34,158 nucleotides of DNA from a virus (IMGVR_UViG_3300038530_003368:1-34158); one strand, 5' to 3'; positions 26,360-33,860 are shown, counted from the first letter of the stretch. Numbers and translations are program-made. Notes: a model not told the origin generated them from the letters alone.

Positions 26360-26512
26360 TTATTTGTAAGGAAACATTCTATTTAAAGAATCTCTACGCT
26401 CGCTACAACCGCATGGCTTCCCCATTTTTTTTGAAATAGTTTCAACAACTTTTTTAACTCCTGTCGCTTTTGTAACTTTTTCTATAGTATCTCCTAATCC
26501 TCTGCTTTGCAT
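26360..26512 (-). CDS. Small CGC-motif protein (50 aa)
   Basis: Below the track cutoff: MQSRGLGDTIEKVTKATGVKKVVETISKKMGKPCGCSERRDSLNRMFPYK. Confidence 0.75.
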   Translation of the reverse strand: MQSRGLGDTIEKVTKATGVKKVVETISKKMGKPCGCSERRDSLNRMFPYK

Positions 26513-26516
26513 TTTA

Positions 26517-26524
26517 CAAATTTA
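26517..26524 (-). promoter_or_regulatory. -7 promoter element TAAATTTG
   Basis: TAnnTTTG only 4 nt upstream of the ATG at 26512. Confidence 0.55.
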
Positions 26525-26538
26525 AGAAAAAATACGCA

Positions 26539-26829
26539 TCAATATTTACCCCTTCTACTCTTTGGAGAAGACTTAGTGGAACCACCTTTTCCTGCCCAAA
26601 GTTTTTTACAAGCCCAATATCTTGCTGTTAATTTGTTGGTAGCAGTGGAACATTTGTGTCTAGCTTTAAATGATTTTCTAGCCGCTGCAGAATAGTTGTG
26701 CCCATAACCTTTTGCGCCAAAGTGTATGATTTTTTCTTTACCATTTGCGCAGGCTTTAACCATCTTTTTCTTACCAGCTCTATCACTAGCTCGAACAACG
26801 TTACATTTCATTTTAGCCTTGTCTGCCAT
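26539..26829 (-). CDS. Small basic protein (RKSFKARHKC...ARYWAC motif)
   Basis: 96 aa with a motif I recall from marine phage/large-virus hypothetical proteins. Confidence 0.7.
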   Translation of the reverse strand: MADKAKMKCNVVRASDRAGKKKMVKACANGKEKIIHFGAKGYGHNYSAAARKSFKARHKCSTATNKLTARYWACKKLWAGKGGSTKSSPKSRRGKY

Positions 26830-26837
26830 TACTTTTT

Positions 26838-27116
26838 CTATTTTATGTCTTCTTTTGGAACAATAGTATATTTGAAACTACCCATTAAACTTTCCCCTTG
26901 TTTGTTTGTCTGTTGCAGTATTGTATTTTTTATTGGGTAATCGAAAATATCTTCTCCTGTTTTTCTTGTAGCATCTGTTATATTAAGCTTTAACTCACTT
27001 AAATTTGGTGCAATCAATAAACTGTCTGATGGCTTCACGTTAAATGCCTCATTAAGCATTTTAGAGGAAACCCCTGGTACTGTATTTTTTCCTTTTCTTC
27101 CGAATGTTAAACTCAT
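26838..27116 (-). CDS. Hypothetical protein
   Basis: 92 aa, ATGA overlap with the upstream gene. Confidence 0.55.
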   Translation of the reverse strand: MSLTFGRKGKNTVPGVSSKMLNEAFNVKPSDSLLIAPNLSELKLNITDATRKTGEDIFDYPIKNTILQQTNKQGESLMGSFKYTIVPKEDIK

Positions 27117-27382
27117 GATACTCTTATTTTTAGTGCACTTCCTGTTCTATAAATACCATTAACTGGTACTCCAGCACTTGCTGCTGCAGTATCATCTGCT
27201 GCATCGACAACACCTGATATTTTAACTGGATTTGCTAGGTTAGACGCTATATATGTTGTAAGGGCGGCCACTGAATAGTTTTTAGTCTTTCCAGAATCCA
27301 CACCAGAAGAACCATCTGTGCCAATCAACTTGTCTGCAGCTTCGATAGTCCCATCGCTTGTATATGTACTTATTTTTGCCAT
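27113..27382 (-). CDS. Small virion protein, paralogous to the N-terminus of 21568..22275
   Basis: MAKISTY...DKLIGTD...TKNY versus MARISTY...DKVIGTD...TRNY. Confidence 0.65.
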   Translation of the reverse strand: MAKISTYTSDGTIEAADKLIGTDGSSGVDSGKTKNYSVAALTTYIASNLANPVKISGVVDAADDTAAASAGVPVNGIYRTGSALKIRVS

Positions 27383-27384
27383 AG

Positions 27385-27639
27385 TTATCTTTTTGTATAT
27401 TTTTTTGTTACTTTTCCTGCTTTTGTATTAGCAACAACAGTTTTTCCTTTTGCTCCAGCTCTTTTCTTTTTACGAGCTGTTTTAGCTCTTTCTGCCTTTG
27501 TCATGGATATAGCCTTTTTGTAAGGCAAGCATCTGTCTGGGTTTTTCTTGTTTTTACTTGTACCGCATGCTCCTTTGATAGAGCCATCAGTTCCAATGCG
27601 AACCCATTTTTCTTCTCTCCATTTCTTCAGCTCTCCCAT
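27385..27639 (-). CDS. Small basic protein (LKKWREEKW...CG...CLP; DUF5872-like)
   Basis: 84 aa, motif recognition from memory. Confidence 0.65.
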   Translation of the reverse strand: MGELKKWREEKWVRIGTDGSIKGACGTSKNKKNPDRCLPYKKAISMTKAERAKTARKKKRAGAKGKTVVANTKAGKVTKKYTKR

Positions 27640-27752
27640 TACTTTTTCTTTTTCTTTTTCATTTTCTTTAGCACAGCAAAATCTGCTCCTGTAATTTTAT
27701 TTCTAGGAGGTGCTAATCTTGCTATAGCTAATTGCTTTTTTGATAGTTTCAT
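27639..27752 (-). CDS. Tiny basic protein (37 aa)
   Basis: MKLSKKQLAIARLAPPRNKITGADFAVLKKMKKKKKK; ATGA and TAATG overlaps on either side. Confidence 0.7.
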   Translation of the reverse strand: MKLSKKQLAIARLAPPRNKITGADFAVLKKMKKKKKK

Positions 27753-27898
27753 TTCTTATGTGTTTTATGTATGGCAAAATTGAACGATTGACTAGCCCCT
27801 TTATGAGCTTTGTATCCCCCTGGAGGGTTTTTCATGAGAACAGGCATTCCTTTTCCCATCTTCATCCAATGATAACCTTTTGGTGCTTTTACTTTCAT
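27749..27898 (-). CDS. Tiny basic protein (49 aa)
   Basis: MKVKAPKGYHWMKMGKGMPVLMKNPPGGYKAHKGASQSFNFAIHKTHKK; coupled on both sides. Confidence 0.72.
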   Translation of the reverse strand: MKVKAPKGYHWMKMGKGMPVLMKNPPGGYKAHKGASQSFNFAIHKTHKK

Positions 27899-27978
27899 TA
27901 GTATGCTTTTTTCTTTTTAGATTTTTTCTTTTTCTTTTTTGCTACTTTCTTTTTCTTTGGTTTTGAATGATATACCAT
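27898..27978 (-). CDS. Poly-lysine micropeptide (26 aa)
   Basis: MVYHSKPKKKKVAKKKKKKSKKKKAY; fills the gap exactly, with a TAATG overlap downstream. Confidence 0.6.
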   Translation of the reverse strand: MVYHSKPKKKKVAKKKKKKSKKKKAY

Positions 27979-27980
27979 GA

Positions 27981-28145
27981 TTACTTCTTTTTTTTGCTAC
28001 CCTTAGCGTAATTAGGGTCTTTACAATATTTACTAGCTGCCATATTCGCATACGCGGACGGATATGTGTCAAATGTTCTTTTTGCCCAAGCTATACCAGC
28101 TGCGCAAATTTTATTTCCTTTTTTCTTTTTCTTTTTTCTTGCCAT
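27981..28145 (-). CDS. Small basic protein with YPSAYAN motif (54 aa)
   Basis: MARKKKKKKGNKICAAGIAWAKRTFDTYPSAYANMAASKYCKDPNYAKGSKKKK. Confidence 0.72.
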   Translation of the reverse strand: MARKKKKKKGNKICAAGIAWAKRTFDTYPSAYANMAASKYCKDPNYAKGSKKKK

Positions 28146-28147
28146 AA

Positions 28148-29383
28148 TTAATTTCTTCTAAAAGTTTGGTTTACTCGTCGACTATCATACTCAGCCTTTT
28201 CAACTTCCTTAAACCTAGCGTCATATGCATCTGTAGAGATATTCCACCTAGGTTCTGTAGGTGCTACGTAGTCGTGGTCTTCATCATTGTTTACACCATA
28301 CTTGTCTAGGAAATTAGGGTCTGTAAACAAGTTCATGTCAGCAAACGGTTTGGTTTTTACTCCTACAGCTGAAGCAGGCGATTTGTATCCCATACCTTTA
28401 CCAGGGGCATAAGCTTCAATGTTATATACATTTGTTAGACCTGCAGGCCTGATACCTCCTGTTTCAGAGTCATACAAAAAGTTTTCTTCATTGATAGGTC
28501 TATTTTCATTTGCAGCATCTTCTATTTCTTGTCTCATATGAGTATTGGAAAGCCCCCTAGCATCGTATAGGTTTGTGTAAAGTTCATCATCTCCATACAA
28601 TAAAGGTACTTTTGGTTTGAACTGGTCTCTTGCTGTACCATGAATATCAAATCTTGTTATTTGGTCTAATAAGTCAGGTGCGTATGCAGTTCTATAGTAA
28701 AAGTCATCTCCACCACCTATAAAACGAGTCATGTTATCCCCTTCAAATGCTGCGTTTATAAATGGGAATGCTTCTGAATAAAAATTCTTTTTAAAGTTGT
28801 ATGCCTCTGTACCAAACTTAGTTGTGATGCCACTTATTTCACTTTTGTAATCTTGTTCAGCCTGAATCAATGCATTTTTTGCATTTTCTATTTCTTCTTT
28901 ACTATACATGGGAGATGTACCCATCATAGCATTTGATGCCGACATAGCTAATATACCTGCATTTTTATTTATTATATCTGTATATTTTTCGTTTAATCCT
29001 TGAATTGCAAACTCTGCTTGGCCAATCATTTGTTCAGCACCTGCATAGCCTTCCATCATTCTTGAGTATCCTTGAAAATAAGATTCTAGTTGAGGATTAT
29101 TGTCAAAAAATCCGTCTCCATCCATATCAGCCCCCACGTTTCCTCCTGTTCCTGCGCCTGCATTTCCATAGTAATTACCGCTAGCAAATCTACTTCCTAC
29201 AACTGTAGCATTACCTGGCCCTATTCTAGATGTATTTTGACCAATCCTTCCGTAAATTTTATTTAAATCTACCATTTGACCTTCAGGGTTCATATATGCT
29301 CCGTACTTCGATACGAACTCATCATCAAATCTCCCTGCGAAAAAAGGGTCTTTGTTTTTGTTTCTTTTATTATGGCGACTCAT
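28148..29383 (-). CDS. Hypothetical protein (possible virion internal protein)
   Basis: 411 aa; Gly/Asn-rich N-terminus with DMDGDG motif and a central helical region. Confidence 0.6.
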   Translation of the reverse strand: MSRHNKRNKNKDPFFAGRFDDEFVSKYGAYMNPEGQMVDLNKIYGRIGQNTSRIGPGNATVVGSRFASGNYYGNAGAGTGGNVGADMDGDGFFDNNPQLESYFQGYSRMMEGYAGAEQMIGQAEFAIQGLNEKYTDIINKNAGILAMSASNAMMGTSPMYSKEEIENAKNALIQAEQDYKSEISGITTKFGTEAYNFKKNFYSEAFPFINAAFEGDNMTRFIGGGDDFYYRTAYAPDLLDQITRFDIHGTARDQFKPKVPLLYGDDELYTNLYDARGLSNTHMRQEIEDAANENRPINEENFLYDSETGGIRPAGLTNVYNIEAYAPGKGMGYKSPASAVGVKTKPFADMNLFTDPNFLDKYGVNNDEDHDYVAPTEPRWNISTDAYDARFKEVEKAEYDSRRVNQTFRRN

Positions 29384-29408
29384 AAAATAAAATTTCGTTA
29401 TTTTGTAA

Positions 29409-29416
29409 CAAAGATA
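29409..29416 (-). promoter_or_regulatory. -7 promoter element TATCTTTG
   Basis: TAnnTTTG 25 nt upstream of the ATG at 29383. Confidence 0.6.
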
Positions 29417-29429
29417 AATAAAAATCTAA

Positions 29430-29897
29430 TTGAATATTTTGACAAAAGTTAATATCAGAAAGAAAGACAGAGTTCAGCCAAGAGAACGAAAATTTAATTT
29501 TTTAAAATACTTAAGGGTTGTTAGGTACTATGTAAAAAGAAAGTATGATATATCTTCTTCTGAATTAGACATGCTCCTTTTTTTATATGATGTTCCGTTT
29601 TTTAAGAAAGAAGAATTCAAATACTATGAAAACTCTATGTCATGGGATAAAAAAAGATTCAAGAGCATGATGGATAAGGGTTTGATAAAACAATGGAGAA
29701 CTGACTCAGGTAAGTATGCAAGAGGTAAATTATATGAGCTTACACACCTGGGTAAGTCTATTTGCTCGATTACATATAAAAAACTAACTCAAGAGGAGTT
29801 GATATCTGAAAATCCACGTTTGAATCCTATATTTAAAAAAGAAACTTACACTGATAAGGTTTACAGAAGCATTATTGAAAAGATGAACGCTAGATAG
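29430..29897 (+). CDS. Winged-helix (MarR-like) DNA-binding protein
   Basis: ISSSELDMLLFLY...MMDKGLIK...LYELTHLGK pattern; TTG start uncertain. Confidence 0.65.
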   Translation: MNILTKVNIRKKDRVQPRERKFNFLKYLRVVRYYVKRKYDISSSELDMLLFLYDVPFFKKEEFKYYENSMSWDKKRFKSMMDKGLIKQWRTDSGKYARGKLYELTHLGKSICSITYKKLTQEELISENPRLNPIFKKETYTDKVYRSIIEKMNAR

Positions 29898-30636
29898 CGT
29901 CTTCATATTTTTTAACTGCATTTTTCAGTAACGCGTAGTCTCGGATAGAGGTAATTTTTTTCAGCTCTCTCATTTTGATTTTATTTCCGCCTTCAGTTAA
30001 AATATCTATAGCTTCGATAGCTTTTGATATCAAATAGGTTTCTCTTATCATTTCGTTGAGGTTTTTGACTTCATTTTTCTTGTTTTCGTCAAAATACCAG
30101 CCAACCATGTATCTAGAGCACTTTGCTCTCTTTGAAACTTCAGATATTGTAATTTTTATATTTTCAGTCCAAAGTTCTTGAATTATTTGGTCAAGCTCTT
30201 GTTTTGTAGGTTTTTCTTTTGCATTGATTAGCTTTCCTACAATTTTCATTTTATCTGCTCTAGATATCCTTTTTCCAGGATTAAATATGATTTTTCTGTA
30301 TCTAGGACAATAAGGTAGTGGTCTTTGCCTATCTACAGCGTCTATCATGCTCTCTACACGCTCATCTCCATAAGTTCGTATAATGTGTCCGTTTCCTCTA
30401 TCCGATAGCTGTATGAATAGTTTTTTCATTAAATCTATATCAAAGTCAGGATTTAAGTATAAAAACTTTTCTGCTATATATTTTAGCTCATTAAACGAAT
30501 TTATCTTTCGTGTAGTTCTATAAAGCTTATAATATCTTACGCCTTTTGGAAAATATAGGTATTGTTTACCATCAAACCTAAAATAAGATTCCATGATAAT
30601 TCTATGTGGTTCATAATCAAATAGCGGTATTAACAT
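29890..30636 (-). CDS. Hypothetical protein with C-terminal HTH-like motif
   Basis: KITISEVSKRAKCSRYMVGWYF resembles a TetR-type HTH. Confidence 0.55.
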   Translation of the reverse strand: MLIPLFDYEPHRIIMESYFRFDGKQYLYFPKGVRYYKLYRTTRKINSFNELKYIAEKFLYLNPDFDIDLMKKLFIQLSDRGNGHIIRTYGDERVESMIDAVDRQRPLPYCPRYRKIIFNPGKRISRADKMKIVGKLINAKEKPTKQELDQIIQELWTENIKITISEVSKRAKCSRYMVGWYFDENKKNEVKNLNEMIRETYLISKAIEAIDILTEGGNKIKMRELKKITSIRDYALLKNAVKKYEDAI

Positions 30637-30895
30637 CCTTCATTGTTACGACCACATCTTGCTCCCTTATTGCTTTTAACTTTTTACCTTTGAATCTAAA
30701 GTTAGAGCCAGCAACTTTATCAAAATAGACGAAATCACCAGCTTCAACTTCTTTCACCTCACCTCCAACAGTAATTACTTTTCCAATTACGTATCGTATG
30801 TTTATATCAGAGTCTTGTGTAATTATAAGACCTAATTCATTTTTTTGCACAACTTCGTCGTCTTGTACAATTATAAACTTACCTACTGCCTTCAT
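30617..30895 (-). CDS. groES: Co-chaperonin GroES
   Basis: 92 aa; mobile loop ELGLII, GKVITVG, VEAGDFVYF and IREQDVV. Confidence 0.9.
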   Translation of the reverse strand: MKAVGKFIIVQDDEVVQKNELGLIITQDSDINIRYVIGKVITVGGEVKEVEAGDFVYFDKVAGSNFRFKGKKLKAIREQDVVVTMKDVNTAI

Positions 30896-31107
30896 TATGT
30901 TTGCGGTAGTTTTGGCGCTCTTTTATAACTTATGTTTGGCCTTTCTTCATCATCAATATTCCATTTTGTAATAATTTGACCTTCTAAGTCTATTACAGTA
31001 TAGCCTTGTCTTGCTAGAAGCTTAATAGCTCCATTAACTTTTTTTGCTTCCTTTCTGAAATGTCCAAATATTTGGTTTTCGAAAGGGTGATGTTCATGTT
31101 TTGGCAT
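30895..31107 (-). CDS. Hypothetical protein between groEL and groES
   Basis: 70 aa, TAATG overlap with groES. Confidence 0.65.
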   Translation of the reverse strand: MPKHEHHPFENQIFGHFRKEAKKVNGAIKLLARQGYTVIDLEGQIITKWNIDDEERPNISYKRAPKLPQT

Positions 31108-31111
31108 AATT

Positions 31112-32719
31112 TTAATTTTTAATTATATCTTCTTTTTTTACTCTTTTGTTTGAAATAACACAGGAAGTTGTTAGAATTATTCCAGCAACTGATGCTGCGT
31201 TAAGTACTGCGTTCTTGGTGACTTTAAATGGGTCAATAATCCCCATTCTATACATATCACCAAATTTTTTGTTTTTTACATCATATCCATACCTATCCTT
31301 TGCTTGCGCACATATTCCATAAATTGAATCTGGTTCTTCACCACTGTTTTCGACAATCTTTTTAAATACGTCTTGTAGTGAGTCATAAACAATACTATAT
31401 CCCTTCAGGAATGATGCGGAACTGACTCGCGGAGGTTTTTTGCGGAATTTTTTTTGAGCACATCTCATAAGTGCAATTCCTCCACCAGCAACAATTCCTT
31501 CTTCTAATGCTGCTTTGGTTGCATGGATAGAGTCATCAACCCTATCTTTCTTTTCTTTTAGCTCTACTTCTGAGTTTCCAGCTAATTTTATAGTAGCAAC
31601 GCCACCAGCAAGTTTAGACAACCTATCTTGTAGGTGCCATTTATTAGTTTTATTCTTTGTAAGCTTAATTTCAGCCTTCAACCACTCAATTATGTCATTT
31701 TTCTTCTGATTTTCTTCTTTTTCAAAGACTAAAATGGTTTCTGTGCTGTCTGAAATCATAGTTTTACACGTTCCAAGGTAAGATGCGTCAATATTTTGAG
31801 CAGAATCACCTGACATTTCAGAAATTAGCTTCGCTCCAGTCATTACACACAAATCTTGCAGCAATTCTAGGCGTTTTATACCTATTCCCTCTGGGGTAAT
31901 GAAGTTACCAGTCAAATTTTTCTTATTAATATTCTGCGTAATGAATAATTTTACCCTATCATCAAGTTCTGAGATGATAAGTAGAGGTCTTTTTTGTTTT
32001 ATAGAGGCTTCAAAGGCAAAATGCAGTCTTTCATGCATGTCTAATTTTGTATCACTTATTACAATAAGTGGGTTTTGAAACTCAACTGACTTGTTTCTTA
32101 AGTTATTTATTGAAAATGGAGTACCATATCCTCTATTTATACGAGTTCCATTGGTTATTTCAGTGTAATCATCATTGGTAGGCGACTCATCCATAGTTAC
32201 CACACCATTTTTTCCTACTTGTAAATATGCGTCAGCTATCATTTCACCAAGATACTTGTCGCCATTTGCCGATATTGTTGCAACCTCAACCAAACTCTTG
32301 TCTGTTACTTCCTTTTTCATTTTTTCTAGTGCCAAAACCACATTTTTAGCTGCTACCTCAATACCTTCTTTTGCTTGTGTAACGTTTTCTATTGAATCTA
32401 TAGCATCAAAACATCTATCTATGATAGCTTTTGCTAATACACATGAAGTTGTTGTGCCATCACCAGCCTCCGTGGCGGTTTTTTGTGAAGCTTGTCTCAA
32501 AATACTGACTCCTAAGTTTTCCACAGGGTCTGATAGTATTACAGAATTAGCTACGGTCACTCCGTCTTTTGTAATATGTGGGTTTCCAAATTGGTCTTCG
32601 ATTATTACGGTTTTTCCTGATGCCCCTAGGGTTGAGGCCACCGCCTGGGAAAGTGTATCTATCCCAACTTTCAGAGAGTTTCGACCAGCATCGTCAAAAC
32701 TTATGTTTTTTTCAATCAT
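31112..32719 (-). CDS. groEL: Chaperonin GroEL (viral)
   Basis: ITKDGVTVA, AGDGTTT, KLAGGVA, EKKDRVDDS..ATKAALEEGIVAGGG and GIIDP.KV motifs. Confidence 0.96.
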   Translation of the reverse strand: MIEKNISFDDAGRNSLKVGIDTLSQAVASTLGASGKTVIIEDQFGNPHITKDGVTVANSVILSDPVENLGVSILRQASQKTATEAGDGTTTSCVLAKAIIDRCFDAIDSIENVTQAKEGIEVAAKNVVLALEKMKKEVTDKSLVEVATISANGDKYLGEMIADAYLQVGKNGVVTMDESPTNDDYTEITNGTRINRGYGTPFSINNLRNKSVEFQNPLIVISDTKLDMHERLHFAFEASIKQKRPLLIISELDDRVKLFITQNINKKNLTGNFITPEGIGIKRLELLQDLCVMTGAKLISEMSGDSAQNIDASYLGTCKTMISDSTETILVFEKEENQKKNDIIEWLKAEIKLTKNKTNKWHLQDRLSKLAGGVATIKLAGNSEVELKEKKDRVDDSIHATKAALEEGIVAGGGIALMRCAQKKFRKKPPRVSSASFLKGYSIVYDSLQDVFKKIVENSGEEPDSIYGICAQAKDRYGYDVKNKKFGDMYRMGIIDPFKVTKNAVLNAASVAGIILTTSCVISNKRVKKEDIIKN

Positions 32720-32821
32720 TTAATTATATTTTTATACTTCTTTTTATAGTTTATATAAACTATATATTATTATGTATGTCGATTTACCTTAAGTTTTTAT
32801 ATGAGCATGAGTTTTCCGCAT

Positions 32822-32986
32822 CTAACTATTTGAAGATGAGGAGTTTCTGTCTGTCGCTTGCGTGTCACTTGCTTGTCGCACTAATTTATCAATCTTTTGC
32901 TGCAACAATTGTATATGCAATTTGTCCGCCTTTGACAGTTTCAACCGTACAATTTCTCGCATCAGCGCTGTAACTAATTTGCTCAT
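32822..32986 (-). CDS. Small helical hypothetical protein (54 aa)
   Basis: MSKLVTALMREIVRLKLSKADKLHIQLLQQKIDKLVRQASDTQATDRNSSSSNS, downstream of a TAnnTTTG element. Confidence 0.45.
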   Translation of the reverse strand: MSKLVTALMREIVRLKLSKADKLHIQLLQQKIDKLVRQASDTQATDRNSSSSNS

Positions 32987-33015
32987 ATGTCTGCGTTGAG
33001 GTATCTAACATACTA

Positions 33016-33023
33016 CAAATATA
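33016..33023 (-). promoter_or_regulatory. -7 promoter element TATATTTG at the head of the leftward gene block
   Basis: TAnnTTTG match upstream of the groEL cluster. Confidence 0.55.
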
Positions 33024-33568
33024 GGTAAAAATAATTAATGTGGCGCATTCCTGTAAATTAATGGACACTATATTATATAGTTATAAGCTTTGAAGTTTTT
33101 AGGCCACCAGATATACGTAGTGTTTGGGTAACATACTATTTATACACCTATAGCATACTTGCAAACTGCTTTTTCTAACCCCACCCCCTTGCTATCTTTT
33201 TTACATATCTCAAAATTTTTTACCTTTTTTTGTAGCCTTTGAAAAAATACACTCTTTGAAGCGGTCTCAAGAAACAAGTTCTTTCGGTATTTTATAATTT
33301 ATCTCTCTCTTGTGTTCACAATCATTCGATAACCACCCCTATCCATTTCAACAACATAAACATTTGTACCCCAATACGCTTCGCGTCTTCCATGAATAGT
33401 ATCACGTGTCAAAGGTATCACATCATATCTTCAATAAATTTGCTCGTTGTCAATTCCAAACTTACACTATATTCGCTGTATTCGAGCTACGCTCATCACT
33501 TCGCTCATACCGTTCCAGTTCTTCATTGTGCACTCACAACCATATCATTCTGTATTATTTATTTTCTC

Positions 33569-33840
33569 GACAAGTCTGCGCAAGCGCAGGAGGGAACCTC
33601 TACTTGTCTCGGATATTCCGTTCATCTTCTCACACACACGTAGCAAAAAATTTGCATCTTTCAGTGCATGCTAAGCATGCATTGAAGCAATACAAATCGG
33701 GCGCTTATGGCCCTGTTTTTGCAAAAATACAGGAGTTCAAATAAAAATGTCAAGGGTATACAAGCGAGCAAGCTCGCCCTTGACACAATTTATTTCGAAT
33801 CCTGTTACACTTCCACGTGTGTAAGTGAGAGTCACTTACA
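33569..33840. repeat. Dense cluster of inverted repeats/hairpins
   Basis: Three-way junction 33569-33608; hairpins 33610-33620, 33643-33655, 33660-33686, 33712-33733, 33748-33785, 33820-33840. Confidence 0.8.
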
Positions 33841-33860
33841 ATTAATTTAAATTTTATATT

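Noticed and set aside
1117-29897. Stop-codon reassignment as in some crAss-like phages
   Set aside because: Genes are full length in code 11, and TAG (1117, 26838, 29890) and TGA (11991, 26539, 27113) end genes at sensible, often coupled, boundaries
31112-32719. Host chromosomal groEL marking a prophage boundary
   Set aside because: Divergent sequence, no GGM tail, reversed gene order, phage-like neighbours on both sides, and no integrase or att evidence
1987-32973. Many + strand ORFs in the track (e.g. 2852..3280, 8331..8777, 22526..23203, 32175..32723, 32578..32973)
   Set aside because: They are antisense shadows of well-supported - strand genes, with Ser/Phe/Leu-rich composition and no motifs
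33569-33608. Hammerhead ribozyme or tRNA interpretation of the three-way junction
   Set aside because: No CUGANGA/GAAA core on either strand and no T-loop/cloverleaf pattern
33392-33744. Three overlapping + strand ORFs (83, 112 and 75 aa)
   Set aside because: Atypical composition, no AT-rich initiation context, and they overlie the hairpin cluster; more likely non-coding
33024-33860. CRISPR mini-array in the non-coding region
   Set aside because: The hairpins differ in sequence and there are no regularly spaced direct repeats
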